Shown one piece after another: positions 37,448 to 46,912 of a stretch of DNA of 64,000 bases. This DNA is from Escherichia phage a48. Each line of letters begins with the position of its first letter. The first letter of the stretch is position 1. The notes below the pieces were generated by a model. It searched no databases and was not told where the DNA came from. It saw only the letters and a program-made list of their open reading frames with translations. The position numbers were made by a program, and so were the translations under genes. The DNA is taken from the sequence record OQ067375.1, one strand, 5' to 3'.

Positions 37448-37909
37448 TCATTGAGTTTTAATTACTGCTTTAGAAGCCTTTCCTGGTAAACGACGACTGT
37501 TAATAATTGCCATTCTACATTGAAGTGACGGGTCTTTGAACTTCTCATTAGGTTTACAAACTGTAAATCCAAGCCAAAGATTTCCATCTGTGATTTCTAA
37601 ACGTCCAGGACGATATTCAACCCCATCAATAAAATCCTCATCGATGTCAGGACGCGGAGGCATACTCAGGAATTCATTAACTTCTAAAACATGGTCTTTT
37701 ATTTTGTGGAATAATTCAAAAACATATGTCTCATCAATCTCCCGTTGAATTGCACGATCAAGAAGATGCTGAGAATATTTTAGATGAAACGATGAGACTC
37801 CTGCTGCTTTTGATGCCTCACGAATCTCATTGTTAATTTGACGAAACTCCGACTCAAAGTGACGACGAAGCTTATTTCGACGGATAAAAACTTCAGTGTT
37901 GATAGTCAT
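37448..37909 (-). CDS. regB: endoribonuclease RegB
   Basis: 153-aa ORF, length and position as T4 RegB; canonical early promoter directly upstream. Confidence 0.9.
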   Translation of the reverse strand: MTINTEVFIRRNKLRRHFESEFRQINNEIREASKAAGVSSFHLKYSQHLLDRAIQREIDETYVFELFHKIKDHVLEVNEFLSMPPRPDIDEDFIDGVEYRPGRLEITDGNLWLGFTVCKPNEKFKDPSLQCRMAIINSRRLPGKASKAVIKTQ

Positions 37910-37938
37910 GTTATTCTCCTCTTAACTGATAGAAAAAT

Positions 37939-37966
37939 TATACCACAGTCAAGAGGAAAAGTAAAC
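37939..37966 (-). promoter_or_regulatory. T4-type early promoter for regB
   Basis: Minus sense GTTTAC, spacer, TGgTATAAT (perfect extended -10) upstream of the regB ATG. Confidence 0.65.
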
Positions 37967-37968
37967 AG

Positions 37969-38289
37969 TTATTCTTTAAATCTAATCAATTTATTCATAG
38001 ACTTTGAAACTTCTGCACGAACCTCATGTAGATTTTTGAGCTGTTCAAGACGCTGCGTATAGTAAGCAATTTCATCTTCTTCGAGACAGTCCTGCGAATC
38101 TTCTTTAAGATACCGTGCATAGTCCTGGAAAGCGTTACGGACTACTTCCTGGAAGTCATCAAGACTTTGAATTTTCTTAGGAGCAACAGATACACGACGA
38201 GGGGCAGTATAATACTCATAACCAAACCCTGCGCTTAATTGAGCCATTAGTATTTTTCCTCTGGTTGGAACACTGCACGACAAGCCCAC
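37969..38289 (-). CDS. hypothetical protein (vs.3 position)
   Basis: 106-aa ORF; start may be internal. Confidence 0.45.
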   Translation of the reverse strand: MGLSCSVPTRGKILMAQLSAGFGYEYYTAPRRVSVAPKKIQSLDDFQEVVRNAFQDYARYLKEDSQDCLEEDEIAYYTQRLEQLKNLHEVRAEVSKSMNKLIRFKE

Positions 38290-38549
38290 ATACTGGCTTC
38301 TTTGAGTTTCGTTTTAGCAATAGTTAACTGATCGAGGCTTTCAGCATAATTCTTCGCGAATTCACAGTCTTCACAATTATCTAGTGCTTCCCAGAATTCA
38401 TCGTATAAAGCGTCAAAGATAAGTCCTAAACGAACTTCAGCGTCTTTGATTGCATTCACTTTACCGATTTTCTCTTCAGTATGTGGTTTATAACCTTTAA
38501 TGTCTTCAATCATATTTGACTTCCTCGCCAGTACCCAAATCATATTCAA
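38247..38549 (-). CDS. small acidic protein, candidate cyclic-nucleotide sponge (Vs.4/Acb2 position)
   Basis: 100-aa ORF (88 aa from MIEDIKGY); assignment is positional only, in the regB-denV block where T4 has vs.4. Confidence 0.4.
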   Translation of the reverse strand: MNMIWVLARKSNMIEDIKGYKPHTEEKIGKVNAIKDAEVRLGLIFDALYDEFWEALDNCEDCEFAKNYAESLDQLTIAKTKLKEASMWACRAVFQPEEKY

Positions 38550-38727
38550 CTAAACGAATAGGTTCATGAATGCCATATCCCTGAACAGAAATTTCTGTCG
38601 TAGGATAAATTCCATCAATATCACCCATATTCCACGCTTCATTAAATTGCTGTTCACCTGAATTACTAAACCACTCGGCGAAAGCATTTAACACATCTTC
38701 AGAACCTTCAATAATTATCTTTGCCAT
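38506..38727 (-). CDS. hypothetical small acidic protein
   Basis: 73-aa ORF. Confidence 0.4.
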   Translation of the reverse strand: MAKIIIEGSEDVLNAFAEWFSNSGEQQFNEAWNMGDIDGIYPTTEISVQGYGIHEPIRLVEYDLGTGEEVKYD

Positions 38728-39089
38728 TACAAACTTTCAGTAAAGGTACGAGCGATAACGTCGCGCTGCTGTTCCGGAGTCAGAGAGTTAAAGCGAACTG
38801 CATAACCGGATACACGGATGGTCAGCTGCGGATATTTTTCCGGATGCTTAACTGCATCTTCCAGAGTTTCACGACGCAGAACGTTAACGTTCAGGTGTTG
38901 ACCACCTTCAATTTTAACTGTAGGTTGTGGCTCAATTTCAATTTCACGGGCATGCAAACCATAGAAAATTTCTGGGTCTACAAAAGAGTCCTCTTTAAAG
39001 GTTTTAGAGACAATAATTCGTGCTTGAATACCATCTTCAAAATAAATAGTACCTTTATGTGTGCCTTCAAGAATTTGATATGCTTTCAT
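38727..39089 (-). CDS. autonomous glycyl radical cofactor (GrcA/YfiD-like)
   Basis: 120-aa ORF; C-terminal half [60 protein letters not shown] carries the RVSGY glycine-radical motif and matches E. coli GrcA. Confidence 0.85.
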   Translation of the reverse strand: MKAYQILEGTHKGTIYFEDGIQARIIVSKTFKEDSFVDPEIFYGLHAREIEIEPQPTVKIEGGQHLNVNVLRRETLEDAVKHPEKYPQLTIRVSGYAVRFNSLTPEQQRDVIARTFTESL

Positions 39090-39096
39090 ATAAACC

Positions 39097-39477
39097 TCAA
39101 TTAGAAAATAAATTTATCCAAGATTGTTCTTTAATTAAAAATGGCTCAGAATCATATGCCATTAAACTTTGGGTAATTAACCCTTTAAAAGGTCCATCAA
39201 TAAATTCCATGGTAAAATATGGAATTTTATTCATTAGCCGTGCATTAGGAGCAGTGCACAAAACTCTGCATCCTTTGAATACACCTTTTTGTAATTTGTA
39301 TTGCTTGGGATAAAATTCGCTTAAAATGTTGTTATTTGCCAAAATTTCAAAATGATTCACCAATTTATTTTTAATAGTTTTTGGCGAAAAATAAAGATAT
39401 TCGAAAAGCTGTGTGTCTGTCATCATTGCATTCCGATTACGAAAAACTGCGGACGAGTAATACCACCAATGCAACAT
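39097..39477 (-). CDS. hypothetical protein
   Basis: 126-aa ORF. Confidence 0.45.
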   Translation of the reverse strand: MLHWWYYSSAVFRNRNAMMTDTQLFEYLYFSPKTIKNKLVNHFEILANNNILSEFYPKQYKLQKGVFKGCRVLCTAPNARLMNKIPYFTMEFIDGPFKGLITQSLMAYDSEPFLIKEQSWINLFSN

Positions 39478-40010
39478 TTACTATTACAGCAGTGTTGCAC
39501 AGTTTCAATATGAATATCGTAAATTTTATCCATATCAGGAGATTTAACAGGCTCATCGATTATATACAAAATTCGCGAAAGAGATAAACCTCTGAACTTG
39601 CTTCCTTTATTACCGATAAAACTACGGACAGAATCAGTAAATAAGCGGAATCGAATATCATCACTAGAATAACGAGAAAATTCTTTTTTAATGTGGCCTG
39701 CAGAAATTTTAGCGTAAGCTGAAGTATTAGAAAGAACAATAACTGTTCCACCGTCATACAGCCAATTAGCAGCAAAGTTAGTCACAGCAGTTGATTTACC
39801 AGATTGGCGTCCACCATCTAGTCGAAGTGTACAATATTGTTTAAGCAAGTCTTCAAATGGTGGGATATAATCGTTTTTACAAATTTCTTCTACTCTAGCA
39901 TCAGAATGGTGTGTAAAAGCATTCATCAGGGATAGATAAGGACCAGTTAAAAATGTTCTCATTTTATTCTCTCTAAATTTGGGCCATTCCATGGCACATG
40001 AATTGTCCAT
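39423..40010 (-). CDS. P-loop NTPase-like protein
   Basis: 195-aa ORF with Walker A-like DGGRQSGKST; start uncertain. Confidence 0.5.
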   Translation of the reverse strand: MDNSCAMEWPKFRENKMRTFLTGPYLSLMNAFTHHSDARVEEICKNDYIPPFEDLLKQYCTLRLDGGRQSGKSTAVTNFAANWLYDGGTVIVLSNTSAYAKISAGHIKKEFSRYSSDDIRFRLFTDSVRSFIGNKGSKFRGLSLSRILYIIDEPVKSPDMDKIYDIHIETVQHCCNSKCCIGGITRPQFFVIGMQ

Positions 40011-40115
40011 TTCTGTATTTACCCATTACCGCACTTGGGCTCGACCTTATTACAGGTTGGCGGGAATCCCTCATAGAATCATGAGGTCCAGCTTGTTCCC
40101 ATATTTCTTATTTGC

Positions 40116-40589
40116 TTATTTGAATGATTTGACGTACTGAATAGAGCCTTTGCTATTCACGAAAGCGATTTTACCATTTTTATTATACATGGTAGCAGTA
40201 CGCTGATAACCATAAGTTTGTTTACCAGATTGATAACCAACTAATGCAAAATTATCTTCGCCCATTTTATTCTGTTTGGCGCGGATACGTTCATGACCGT
40301 GTGCCATAAGAACCTTAGCGTCGCCAGTTGCAATGGATCTACGAGTTTTTTCATCTTCAACCGTATTAACAAAGTCGTCAAATGAATCAAATTTAGCATG
40401 AGATTTATTATACAGTTTTCCATCTACTGCATAATTATATCCCTGTACATCCATCTCAACTTCTGTACCATCATCCAATACAGCAGTGATTTTTTGACCT
40501 TTTTTAAATTTCAAAAGATCAGTAAAAGATTCAGCGATAATTTGAGAATTAATAGCTGCTTCAGTAATAAATTCTTGATATGTTTTCAT
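40116..40589 (-). CDS. internal-protein-like protein with capsid targeting sequence
   Basis: 157-aa ORF starting MKTYQEFITEA (T4 internal-protein targeting signal with protease site after TE); late promoter motif upstream. Confidence 0.6.
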   Translation of the reverse strand: MKTYQEFITEAAINSQIIAESFTDLLKFKKGQKITAVLDDGTEVEMDVQGYNYAVDGKLYNKSHAKFDSFDDFVNTVEDEKTRRSIATGDAKVLMAHGHERIRAKQNKMGEDNFALVGYQSGKQTYGYQRTATMYNKNGKIAFVNSKGSIQYVKSFK

Positions 40590-40598
40590 GTGTTTCCT

Positions 40599-41015
40599 TT
40601 AAATGTAAATATTTTTGCCGTAGTATTTATACCAGTGTGGCTTCATTAAAATTTTTTCATCGAGTCGTTGTTGACTCAATTTAATAGCCGATTTGCATGG
40701 GTTATAATCATTTTTCCATTCTGCTGGAATATCGCTGATGTCAGGAACTTCAGTATCTTTTATACTAAACCCGCGTTTTAAGCATTCCGTTATAATGTCT
40801 GATTGACGCTTTCGCAAAAATTCTAACTTATCATAAAAGAACGTAACATGACCAGAACCTAAAATAAACTCGGAAGATATTTTAAAATCTTTAACCCGCT
40901 TACCATTTGCCACATGTTTACGAACTATACCAAAAACACGTGGCAATTCACGGTATTCTGCGATTAAATGTTGATCAACAAGTTCAGATACTAAAGTCAA
41001 ATTAATACGAGTCAT
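40599..41015 (-). CDS. denV: endonuclease V (pyrimidine-dimer glycosylase)
   Basis: 138-aa [15 protein letters not shown]...[11 protein letters not shown], matches T4 DenV. Confidence 0.93.
   Translation of the reverse strand: MTRINLTLVSELVDQHLIAEYRELPRVFGIVRKHVANGKRVKDFKISSEFILGSGHVTFFYDKLEFLRKRQSDIITECLKRGFSIKDTEVPDISDIPAEWKNDYNPCKSAIKLSQQRLDEKILMKPHWYKYYGKNIYI
40624..40631 (-). promoter_or_regulatory. late promoter (TATAAATA) for the internal-protein-like gene
   Basis: Plus-strand tatttata, i.e. TATAAATA on the minus strand, ~35 nt upstream of the ATG at 40589. Confidence 0.5.
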
Positions 41016-41030
41016 TTTATCCCTCCAAGT

Positions 41031-41060
41031 AATTGTGAATATACTATCACAATTCTAGGA
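41031..41060 (-). promoter_or_regulatory. T4-type early promoter for denV
   Basis: Minus sense GTTTAC ... GTGATAGTAT upstream of denV. Confidence 0.5.
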
Positions 41061-41074
41061 GAAAGTAAACAACT

Positions 41075-41605
<531 letters not shown>

Positions 41606-42061
41606 TTAAAAGAGGCTGTTCATTATTCGGTAAAGTGAAGGGCCCATCACATATTGCCACTGAGTACGAGGAATAAGAGCAAAAGCATCCATCTCTGGAA
41701 TCATAACGCCATCTTTATTTTCAAAATAAGACTCGCAATGGCAATTTCTAAACATCTCATGCTCTACTGGAATCGTATAATAAAATAACTGTAAGTCTTT
41801 ATTACTAGAATATTTAAATACACCTAGGTCTTCTAGAAGGTCTGGATTATAATTGCTAAAACCAGTCTCTTCTAAGCATTCTCTTCGTGCTGCATCTAGT
41901 GCGCTTAAATCAGAATTTTCTACGCGGCCCTTTGGAATATCCCAACGATGTGCCATCATTCCAGGCTTACGAGAACCAGTAACCCGACCCATAAATAAAT
42001 CTTTATCTTCTGTCATAAAGATAATACCAGCTGATAATGTTTTCATTTTAATTTCCTGCAT
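41606..42061 (-). CDS. nudE: Nudix hydrolase
   Basis: 151-aa ORF with Nudix box GRVENSDLSALDAARRECLEETGF. Confidence 0.8.
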   Translation of the reverse strand: MQEIKMKTLSAGIIFMTEDKDLFMGRVTGSRKPGMMAHRWDIPKGRVENSDLSALDAARRECLEETGFSNYNPDLLEDLGVFKYSSNKDLQLFYYTIPVEHEMFRNCHCESYFENKDGVMIPEMDAFALIPRTQWQYVMGPSLYRIMNSLF

Positions 42062-42531
42062 TCAGTGATAAAGTTATTTAAATTTTGAGCATATTTCTTT
42101 TCATCAAAAATCTTTTGTTGTCTGCGTAACCGCCATGGCATTTCAATGAACACACACCATATTCCGGATAATATTGCTGCAGTAAAAATATTAACAAATA
42201 TAGTACAAAGAGACCAATCTCCTATTCTGTCCATTGGATTTTTTCCAAAGAAGTAAAATACGAATGATGACGCAGGAAGACTAATGATATACCACAGAAG
42301 CATATTCTTATCCGTAAACCATTCAGCGTTCGTTAACTTAGCACGACCGTTTTGAATACAAACGAATTTATCATCTGTTACAGTAGATGGCTTAACTGCT
42401 TGATATCCCATTCTAAACTCCCTAATTAATCGTTTCTTTGTATCTTCAGAACAGCCACTCCAATCAACTCTATCAACTGAAATGCCATCGTCCCCATCAT
42501 CTAAATCATACCAGCGAGTTTTTAAAATCAT
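42043..42531 (-). CDS. small membrane protein (tandem trio member)
   Basis: 162-aa ORF with hydrophobic helices and C-terminal basic tail ending ITECRKLK. Confidence 0.5.
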   Translation of the reverse strand: MILKTRWYDLDDGDDGISVDRVDWSGCSEDTKKRLIREFRMGYQAVKPSTVTDDKFVCIQNGRAKLTNAEWFTDKNMLLWYIISLPASSFVFYFFGKNPMDRIGDWSLCTIFVNIFTAAILSGIWCVFIEMPWRLRRQQKIFDEKKYAQNLNNFITECRKLK

Positions 42532-42890
42532 CTGATTTTCCTACAATCACTCACAAACTCTTTCATTGATTCATTTTCAATATAAGACATGTAGCTATTA
42601 TATTCTTTTAATTGTATTTTGTAATCTTTTTTTCTTTGCCAATTTATTTTAAAATTATCATAATGAAAATATAACATGGTACCAAAGAATGAAAACAATG
42701 AAATAATTTTAGTATAACAAAGCTCACTCCAAACTTCTGTTATATTTACTGTGCCGTCGATGTTTAAAATAAGACAGTCAATTAACAATCCAAAAAGACT
42801 ACCCGCAAGAGCTGCAGCCAACGCCACAGCAAAAATTAAAAATGACTCAGGAAACGAATATTTGACTTTATTTAGTTTTGGCTTTTGCAT
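42528..42890 (-). CDS. small membrane protein (tandem trio member)
   Basis: 120-aa ORF; C-terminus FVSDCRKIR resembles neighbours. Confidence 0.5.
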   Translation of the reverse strand: MQKPKLNKVKYSFPESFLIFAVALAAALAGSLFGLLIDCLILNIDGTVNITEVWSELCYTKIISLFSFFGTMLYFHYDNFKINWQRKKDYKIQLKEYNSYMSYIENESMKEFVSDCRKIR

Positions 42891-43285
42891 CGTGATTCCT
42901 TAACAAATTTCATAATTTCATCAAATTCATACGCAGCAAGTTTAAGCTGATGTTCCTTTTTAATCTTTTTACATTGGGCTTTCCAATCACGCACGCGTTT
43001 ACGATAGTGTCTTTCTTGATACCAGTATCCTATCCAATTTACGGGTACTAATAAAAATGGAACTACCAATGGAAGAGTTAGCATTAACATAATTATTACA
43101 CCAGATTCAATATCAGTCATAACATCTAAAACACCTCCAATAATTAATAGAATTACAAATGATATAAGTATAACAGGACCTATTAATACATCAGTAGAAA
43201 TTATCTGACGCTTTAATTCATACTTCAACGGTTTACTTGGAAGGTATAGTGATGGCTTTGACATATTCTCTACATTTCTTAACAA
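42872..43285 (-). CDS. small membrane protein (tandem trio member)
   Basis: 137-aa ORF; C-terminus FVKESRCKSQN resembles neighbours. Confidence 0.5.
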   Translation of the reverse strand: MLRNVENMSKPSLYLPSKPLKYELKRQIISTDVLIGPVILISFVILLIIGGVLDVMTDIESGVIIMLMLTLPLVVPFLLVPVNWIGYWYQERHYRKRVRDWKAQCKKIKKEHQLKLAAYEFDEIMKFVKESRCKSQN

Positions 43286-43841
43286 ATTTTTCTAGTAATA
43301 AATCACTTTCAAAATTAGGATTTTCCACTAATTTATCAAAAAGATCATCAACAATATTCAAGATATTTCTTTTACTAAGAATACGTTTATTTTCATGCTT
43401 CGTTTCAGAATCAACTATAAGAGTAAAGAAATATTTCTTTCCCTGAAATTTTACTGTAGTATCAATATAGAATAAATTTGACTTTTGTAAGTTACGTTTA
43501 AACCGTGCGTCACTTAAACTATAAACACCGAGATAATCAAAATCGTCGTTTAAATAACAAACTGTCCATTCAGGAGAAATGAAATCAGTAAATTCAACAT
43601 CAAAATCGCATGTCAATGAATAAATTGATTCAATACTGTTAATAAGTATTCCAGGACGTATTAAAGACTTTTTACCTCTGGAAAATCTTCCAGAAAGACT
43701 TTCATCAGTTTCATATGAAGAACCCCAATAATAATTACGTCCTTCTGCCATACGTTTAAGAGCATTTAATAATTGGTCTGGAACATCAACCTGTCTTTGA
43801 AACTCTTCAAACATTGAATTGAAATCACTTTGCATTTTCAT
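43233..43841 (-). CDS. hypothetical protein
   Basis: 202-aa ORF. Confidence 0.5.
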   Translation of the reverse strand: MKMQSDFNSMFEEFQRQVDVPDQLLNALKRMAEGRNYYWGSSYETDESLSGRFSRGKKSLIRPGILINSIESIYSLTCDFDVEFTDFISPEWTVCYLNDDFDYLGVYSLSDARFKRNLQKSNLFYIDTTVKFQGKKYFFTLIVDSETKHENKRILSKRNILNIVDDLFDKLVENPNFESDLLLEKFVKKCREYVKAITIPSK

Positions 43842-43861
43842 TCCTATTTACTCCAAGTAAT

Positions 43862-43877
43862 AGGGGCCGAAGCCCCT
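43862..43877 (-). other. intercistronic UUCG-tetraloop hairpin
   Basis: Plus aggggc-cgaa-gcccct. Confidence 0.6.
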
Positions 43878-43882
43878 TATCA

Positions 43883-44476
43883 TTATTTCAGAGAATTAAT
43901 ATATTCCTGAACATCGGCAGAGGTAGTTTCAACCCCAGAAATATTGCCATTAAATGTTTCAACTCGGGCAAGAGTATCTTCAATATCAACCTTAGTCAGT
44001 GCTGCAATTTCAACTACATCATCAGCAGTACTAATTCCAAGGGCATTCGCGGCGCGAGTTTCACGGATATATTCCAATTTAACTGCAAGTTCTTGGCGAG
44101 CATCATCTAACTCAACTACTTTCTTGGCGATTTCAATTCGCATTTCAGCATAACCATCAGCTTTAGTAGTCAGCTGTTCAGCTGTTCGACGATATAGCAA
44201 ACCAAGTTTAGCATGCATTGTTACATCTTGACCTTCGGAAAGAAGCTTGCGAATTTCACGCTCTTTTGATTCAGCCTGTTTATTCTTTTCAACAATAAGT
44301 TCACGAATACGTTTTTCTTCATTAATAGATTTAACAGAAGCAGTTTTTAGGTCTTTAATTTTATCAAGCAGTTTTGCTGCTGCAGCAGTATACTGTTCTT
44401 CAACAGATAGATTTTTAGCCATAGCAGAACCAAGTTTAGTGCGAATAAACTCAACAATTTTCTTCAGTGTGTTCAT
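43883..44476 (-). CDS. coiled-coil protein
   Basis: 197-aa ORF, largely helical and charged. Confidence 0.55.
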
Positions 44477-44511
44477 AGTATTTCCTTAGGTTAATTAAGA
44501 TTTAAAATCCA

Positions 44512-44543
44512 TGAGAGTATTATACTCCGGATAGTTTGTAAAC
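44512..44543 (-). promoter_or_regulatory. T4-type early promoter
   Basis: Minus sense GTTTAC ... GGAGTATAAT upstream of ORF 43883..44476. Confidence 0.45.
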
Positions 44544-44696
44544 TATTTCAACATCGCCTTTTGCTGCTTTATAACCTTCAGCCCAAGATACAACCGAGTT
44601 TTTATCTGAAGATTCAAATTCTGGCATTGGGCTTTCGCCAATGTTCACGCAGTATGTTTCTTCATTTTCGTCAAACCAAATAATTAAAGTAGTCAT
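44520..44696 (-). CDS. hypothetical small protein
   Basis: 58-aa ORF MTTLIIWFDENEETYCVNIG... translated by hand. Confidence 0.3.
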   Translation of the reverse strand: MTTLIIWFDENEETYCVNIGESPMPEFESSDKNSVVSWAEGYKAAKGDVEIVYKLSGV

Positions 44697-44764
44697 TTAT
44701 TTCTCCGTTTCTGTATTTGTTTTGATAAGTCTATAATAACACCGTCCTTGGTGTTTGTACACAA

Positions 44765-45040
44765 TTATTTCATATTATTGAAATATTCTTCTGCGATTTC
44801 GTCGTTATCATGGTAAACTTTAGAAGACAGTTTAACATAACCTTCAGCAGTGAACATGTTAATCACAACCTTTACAGTATACCACTGACCATCTTCATTA
44901 CCCATTACTGCGTAAGTTTCAAACATCGGATGGTCAGGACCGATAACTTTAATATCATTCACCGTACGACCGAAATCTTCTGAAACACATTTCATAAAGA
45001 AGTTGAACAGTTCGCCGTAATTATCCATTTCGTTCTCCAA
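44765..45040 (-). CDS. hypothetical protein
   Basis: 91-aa ORF MENEMD... downstream of an early promoter-leader cassette. Confidence 0.5.
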   Translation of the reverse strand: MENEMDNYGELFNFFMKCVSEDFGRTVNDIKVIGPDHPMFETYAVMGNEDGQWYTVKVVINMFTAEGYVKLSSKVYHDNDEIAEEYFNNMK

Positions 45041-45070
45041 GTTGTTTTCTGTATCAGTAGTTGATAGTTG

Positions 45071-45102
45071 TATAGTACCATGGAAGAACAGGGATGTAAA
45101 CA
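45071..45102 (-). promoter_or_regulatory. T4-type early promoter (repeated cassette)
   Basis: gtatagtacc ... gtaaac block; drives ORF 44765..45040. Confidence 0.55.
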
Positions 45103-45210
45103 GTTTTGTGAAAAAATTTTTAAAAAATTTTAGGGAATTCTAGGGCAGGGAGGGGAAATCAAAGGATAGGATAATATATTATAAAGGGTATAAACTAAAT
45201 GATGCCTAGA

Positions 45211-45261
45211 GAGGCCCGGAAAGGCCTAGATACCAAAAAGCCCCAGCCGAAAGGTTGGGGC
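45211..45261 (-). terminator. tandem hairpins / terminator after the internal-protein-like gene 45270..45731
   Basis: Hairpins aggcc-cggaaa-ggcct and gccccagcc-gaaa-ggttggggc, the latter followed by a U-run on the minus transcript. Confidence 0.55.
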
Positions 45262-45269
45262 TAAGAATG

Positions 45270-45731
45270 TTATTTGATTTGTTTAGCAGACCAAATGCGG
45301 TCTTTAATAATTTTTTGGATGTCTTCAACATACTCTAGGTCATGAGCATGTGGATTATCTTTAAAACTATAAGCTCGCGCAAGTTTCTGGCCTTCGGTCT
45401 TAATTACCAAAAGTTCTTTAAGAATTGCTTCATACCTAGAGATAATTCCTTTAGCAATATTTTTTTCTTGTGCTGCTTTAGGGTCAGCCTTAGGAGCAGG
45501 TTTACCAGAAGGTTTTTCGAAAGCCGCACCAGTAGCAACTAGGCTTTTCCAGGCGGTAGTAACATAGTTACCCACAAAGCCTTCAGCTCTCATATCGTCG
45601 TAGAACTTGTACCGAGATTCGTCAGAAGCATCTTTATAAGAATATTTACCAGCTTTAATAGCAGCAGTTGCTACAGCGCGAACATCTGAAGCGGATGCTT
45701 CGGTCATTAAAAATTGAGCATAAGTTTTCAT
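45270..45731 (-). CDS. internal-protein-like protein with capsid targeting sequence
   Basis: 153-aa ORF starting MKTYAQFLMTEA, lysine/alanine-rich; followed by tandem hairpins. Confidence 0.55.
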   Translation of the reverse strand: MKTYAQFLMTEASASDVRAVATAAIKAGKYSYKDASDESRYKFYDDMRAEGFVGNYVTTAWKSLVATGAAFEKPSGKPAPKADPKAAQEKNIAKGIISRYEAILKELLVIKTEGQKLARAYSFKDNPHAHDLEYVEDIQKIIKDRIWSAKQIK

Positions 45732-45776
45732 CTTATTTCCTGTTTTAATTCGTGGATTTAATATACTAATTTATAC

Positions 45777-45804
45777 TAAAAAGCCCCGACCTTTTGGTCG
45801 GGGC
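45777..45804 (-). terminator. rho-independent terminator at the end of the tRNA/stable-RNA transcription unit
   Basis: Hairpin gccccgacc-ttttg-gtcggggc followed by a U-run on the minus transcript. Confidence 0.6.
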
Positions 45805-45809
45805 TAAGC

Positions 45810-46120
45810 CTTGCGGCAACCTTGTCGGGGTTCCACCTGCTAAGGCAAGTGTTTGTACGAAACGCCGGGATTCGAACCCGGTTATTAAGTAGTTGACGCT
45901 ACTCAATATTTTTAAAAGGCCATATCTCGACCATATCCGAACGTTCCGTCAAAAACGCTACTCGGCTTATGGCAAAGATATTTCCTCGAATCGATAATTC
46001 GGTGCGCCGTTTCTGCTGTGATATAAGGGGACATTAACAAAACATAAAGATTTATTAATGCCAGTCCTTAAACAGGGAACATCAGTCCGACGACTTGCCG
46101 GTAGCGACCCGGCTTCTTGT
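45810..46120 (-). ncRNA. non-coding region downstream of tRNA-Arg, candidate stable RNAs (T4 species 1/2-like)
   Basis: No ORF on either strand; contains tRNA-like T-arm CCGGGTTCGAATCCCGG (minus sense) and ends at a hairpin terminator. Confidence 0.35.
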
Positions 46121-46121
46121 C

Positions 46122-46197
46122 TGGTCGAGGCAGTAGGGATCGAACCTACGACCCAGGACTTAGAAGGTCCTTGCTCTTCCTTCTGAGCTATGCCCCG
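46122..46197 (-). tRNA. tRNA-Arg (anticodon UCU), CCA encoded
   Basis: Hand-folded cloverleaf: acceptor CGGGGCA/TGCCTCG, D-stem GCTC/GAGC, anticodon loop CTTCTAA, T-loop TTCGATC. Confidence 0.9.
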
Positions 46198-46200
46198 TAA

Positions 46201-46866
46201 TTAAAATTTCATTTTTCGACCTTTAAACCATCCTTCTGGAATTGGGTCAGTTTTCTTAATACGTTTAGAAACTTTTTCATCTAATGAATGAATCCACATC
46301 ATACCAAATTGGGAATTCTTTTCACCTTTCTGGTGATTATTTTTAGCGTGAATTTCTTTCATTTTATTAATAGTTTCAAGAGTATGATGCTTATTTAAAA
46401 ATCTGCTATTATTTAAAAATTTTTCCTTGTATTCAGGAGTTGACCATAAACGTTTAAATACATTTGAACCATTTTGACGATATTTTTCTTGAAGTAAAAT
46501 ATCATTTTTAAAACGTGACTTAAACGATTTAGCTCCTTTTAAACTAGCGTCTTTCTTCTGATTTAGCATCTCAGGAATATTTATATGATCCCATCCACCT
46601 TCACCGCCAAGTTTTAAATTATACACATCTGGTCTATTTAAAAACTCTTCTGTGACAATATTTTTCTCGGCTTCAAGCATAGATTCTTTATCATCAAAAT
46701 ATTCTAATATTTCTTTAGAAAAATTTTCTATACCATACCGGTCTTGGGCTCTTTTTAATAATTTACCAGAACCCATATATCCATCATCTAAATTTTCGGT
46801 AGAATGCACACCAATATAAATTTTATTATTAATTTTATTTGTTATTTTATAAAGATAAAAATGCAT
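46201..46866 (-). CDS. segB: GIY-YIG homing endonuclease (SegB-like) inside the tRNA cluster
   Basis: 222 aa from MHFYLYKITNKINNKIYIGVH...YMGSG (GIY-YIG motifs); ORF track's longer start would overlap the upstream tRNA. Confidence 0.8.
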   Translation of the reverse strand: MHFYLYKITNKINNKIYIGVHSTENLDDGYMGSGKLLKRAQDRYGIENFSKEILEYFDDKESMLEAEKNIVTEEFLNRPDVYNLKLGGEGGWDHINIPEMLNQKKDASLKGAKSFKSRFKNDILLQEKYRQNGSNVFKRLWSTPEYKEKFLNNSRFLNKHHTLETINKMKEIHAKNNHQKGEKNSQFGMMWIHSLDEKVSKRIKKTDPIPEGWFKGRKMKF

Positions 46867-46912
46867 ATCAGTCCTTAATAAAGAACTGAGCGTCTCACGA
46901 CGAGTCATAAAT

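Noticed and set aside
40011-40115. Relatively GC-rich intergenic segment with a hairpin (cctcat-agaatc-atgagg), considered as a possible small RNA
   Set aside because: Only one short hairpin and no promoter or terminator pair recognisable by eye; more likely the terminator/promoter region between the internal-protein-like gene and the next gene.
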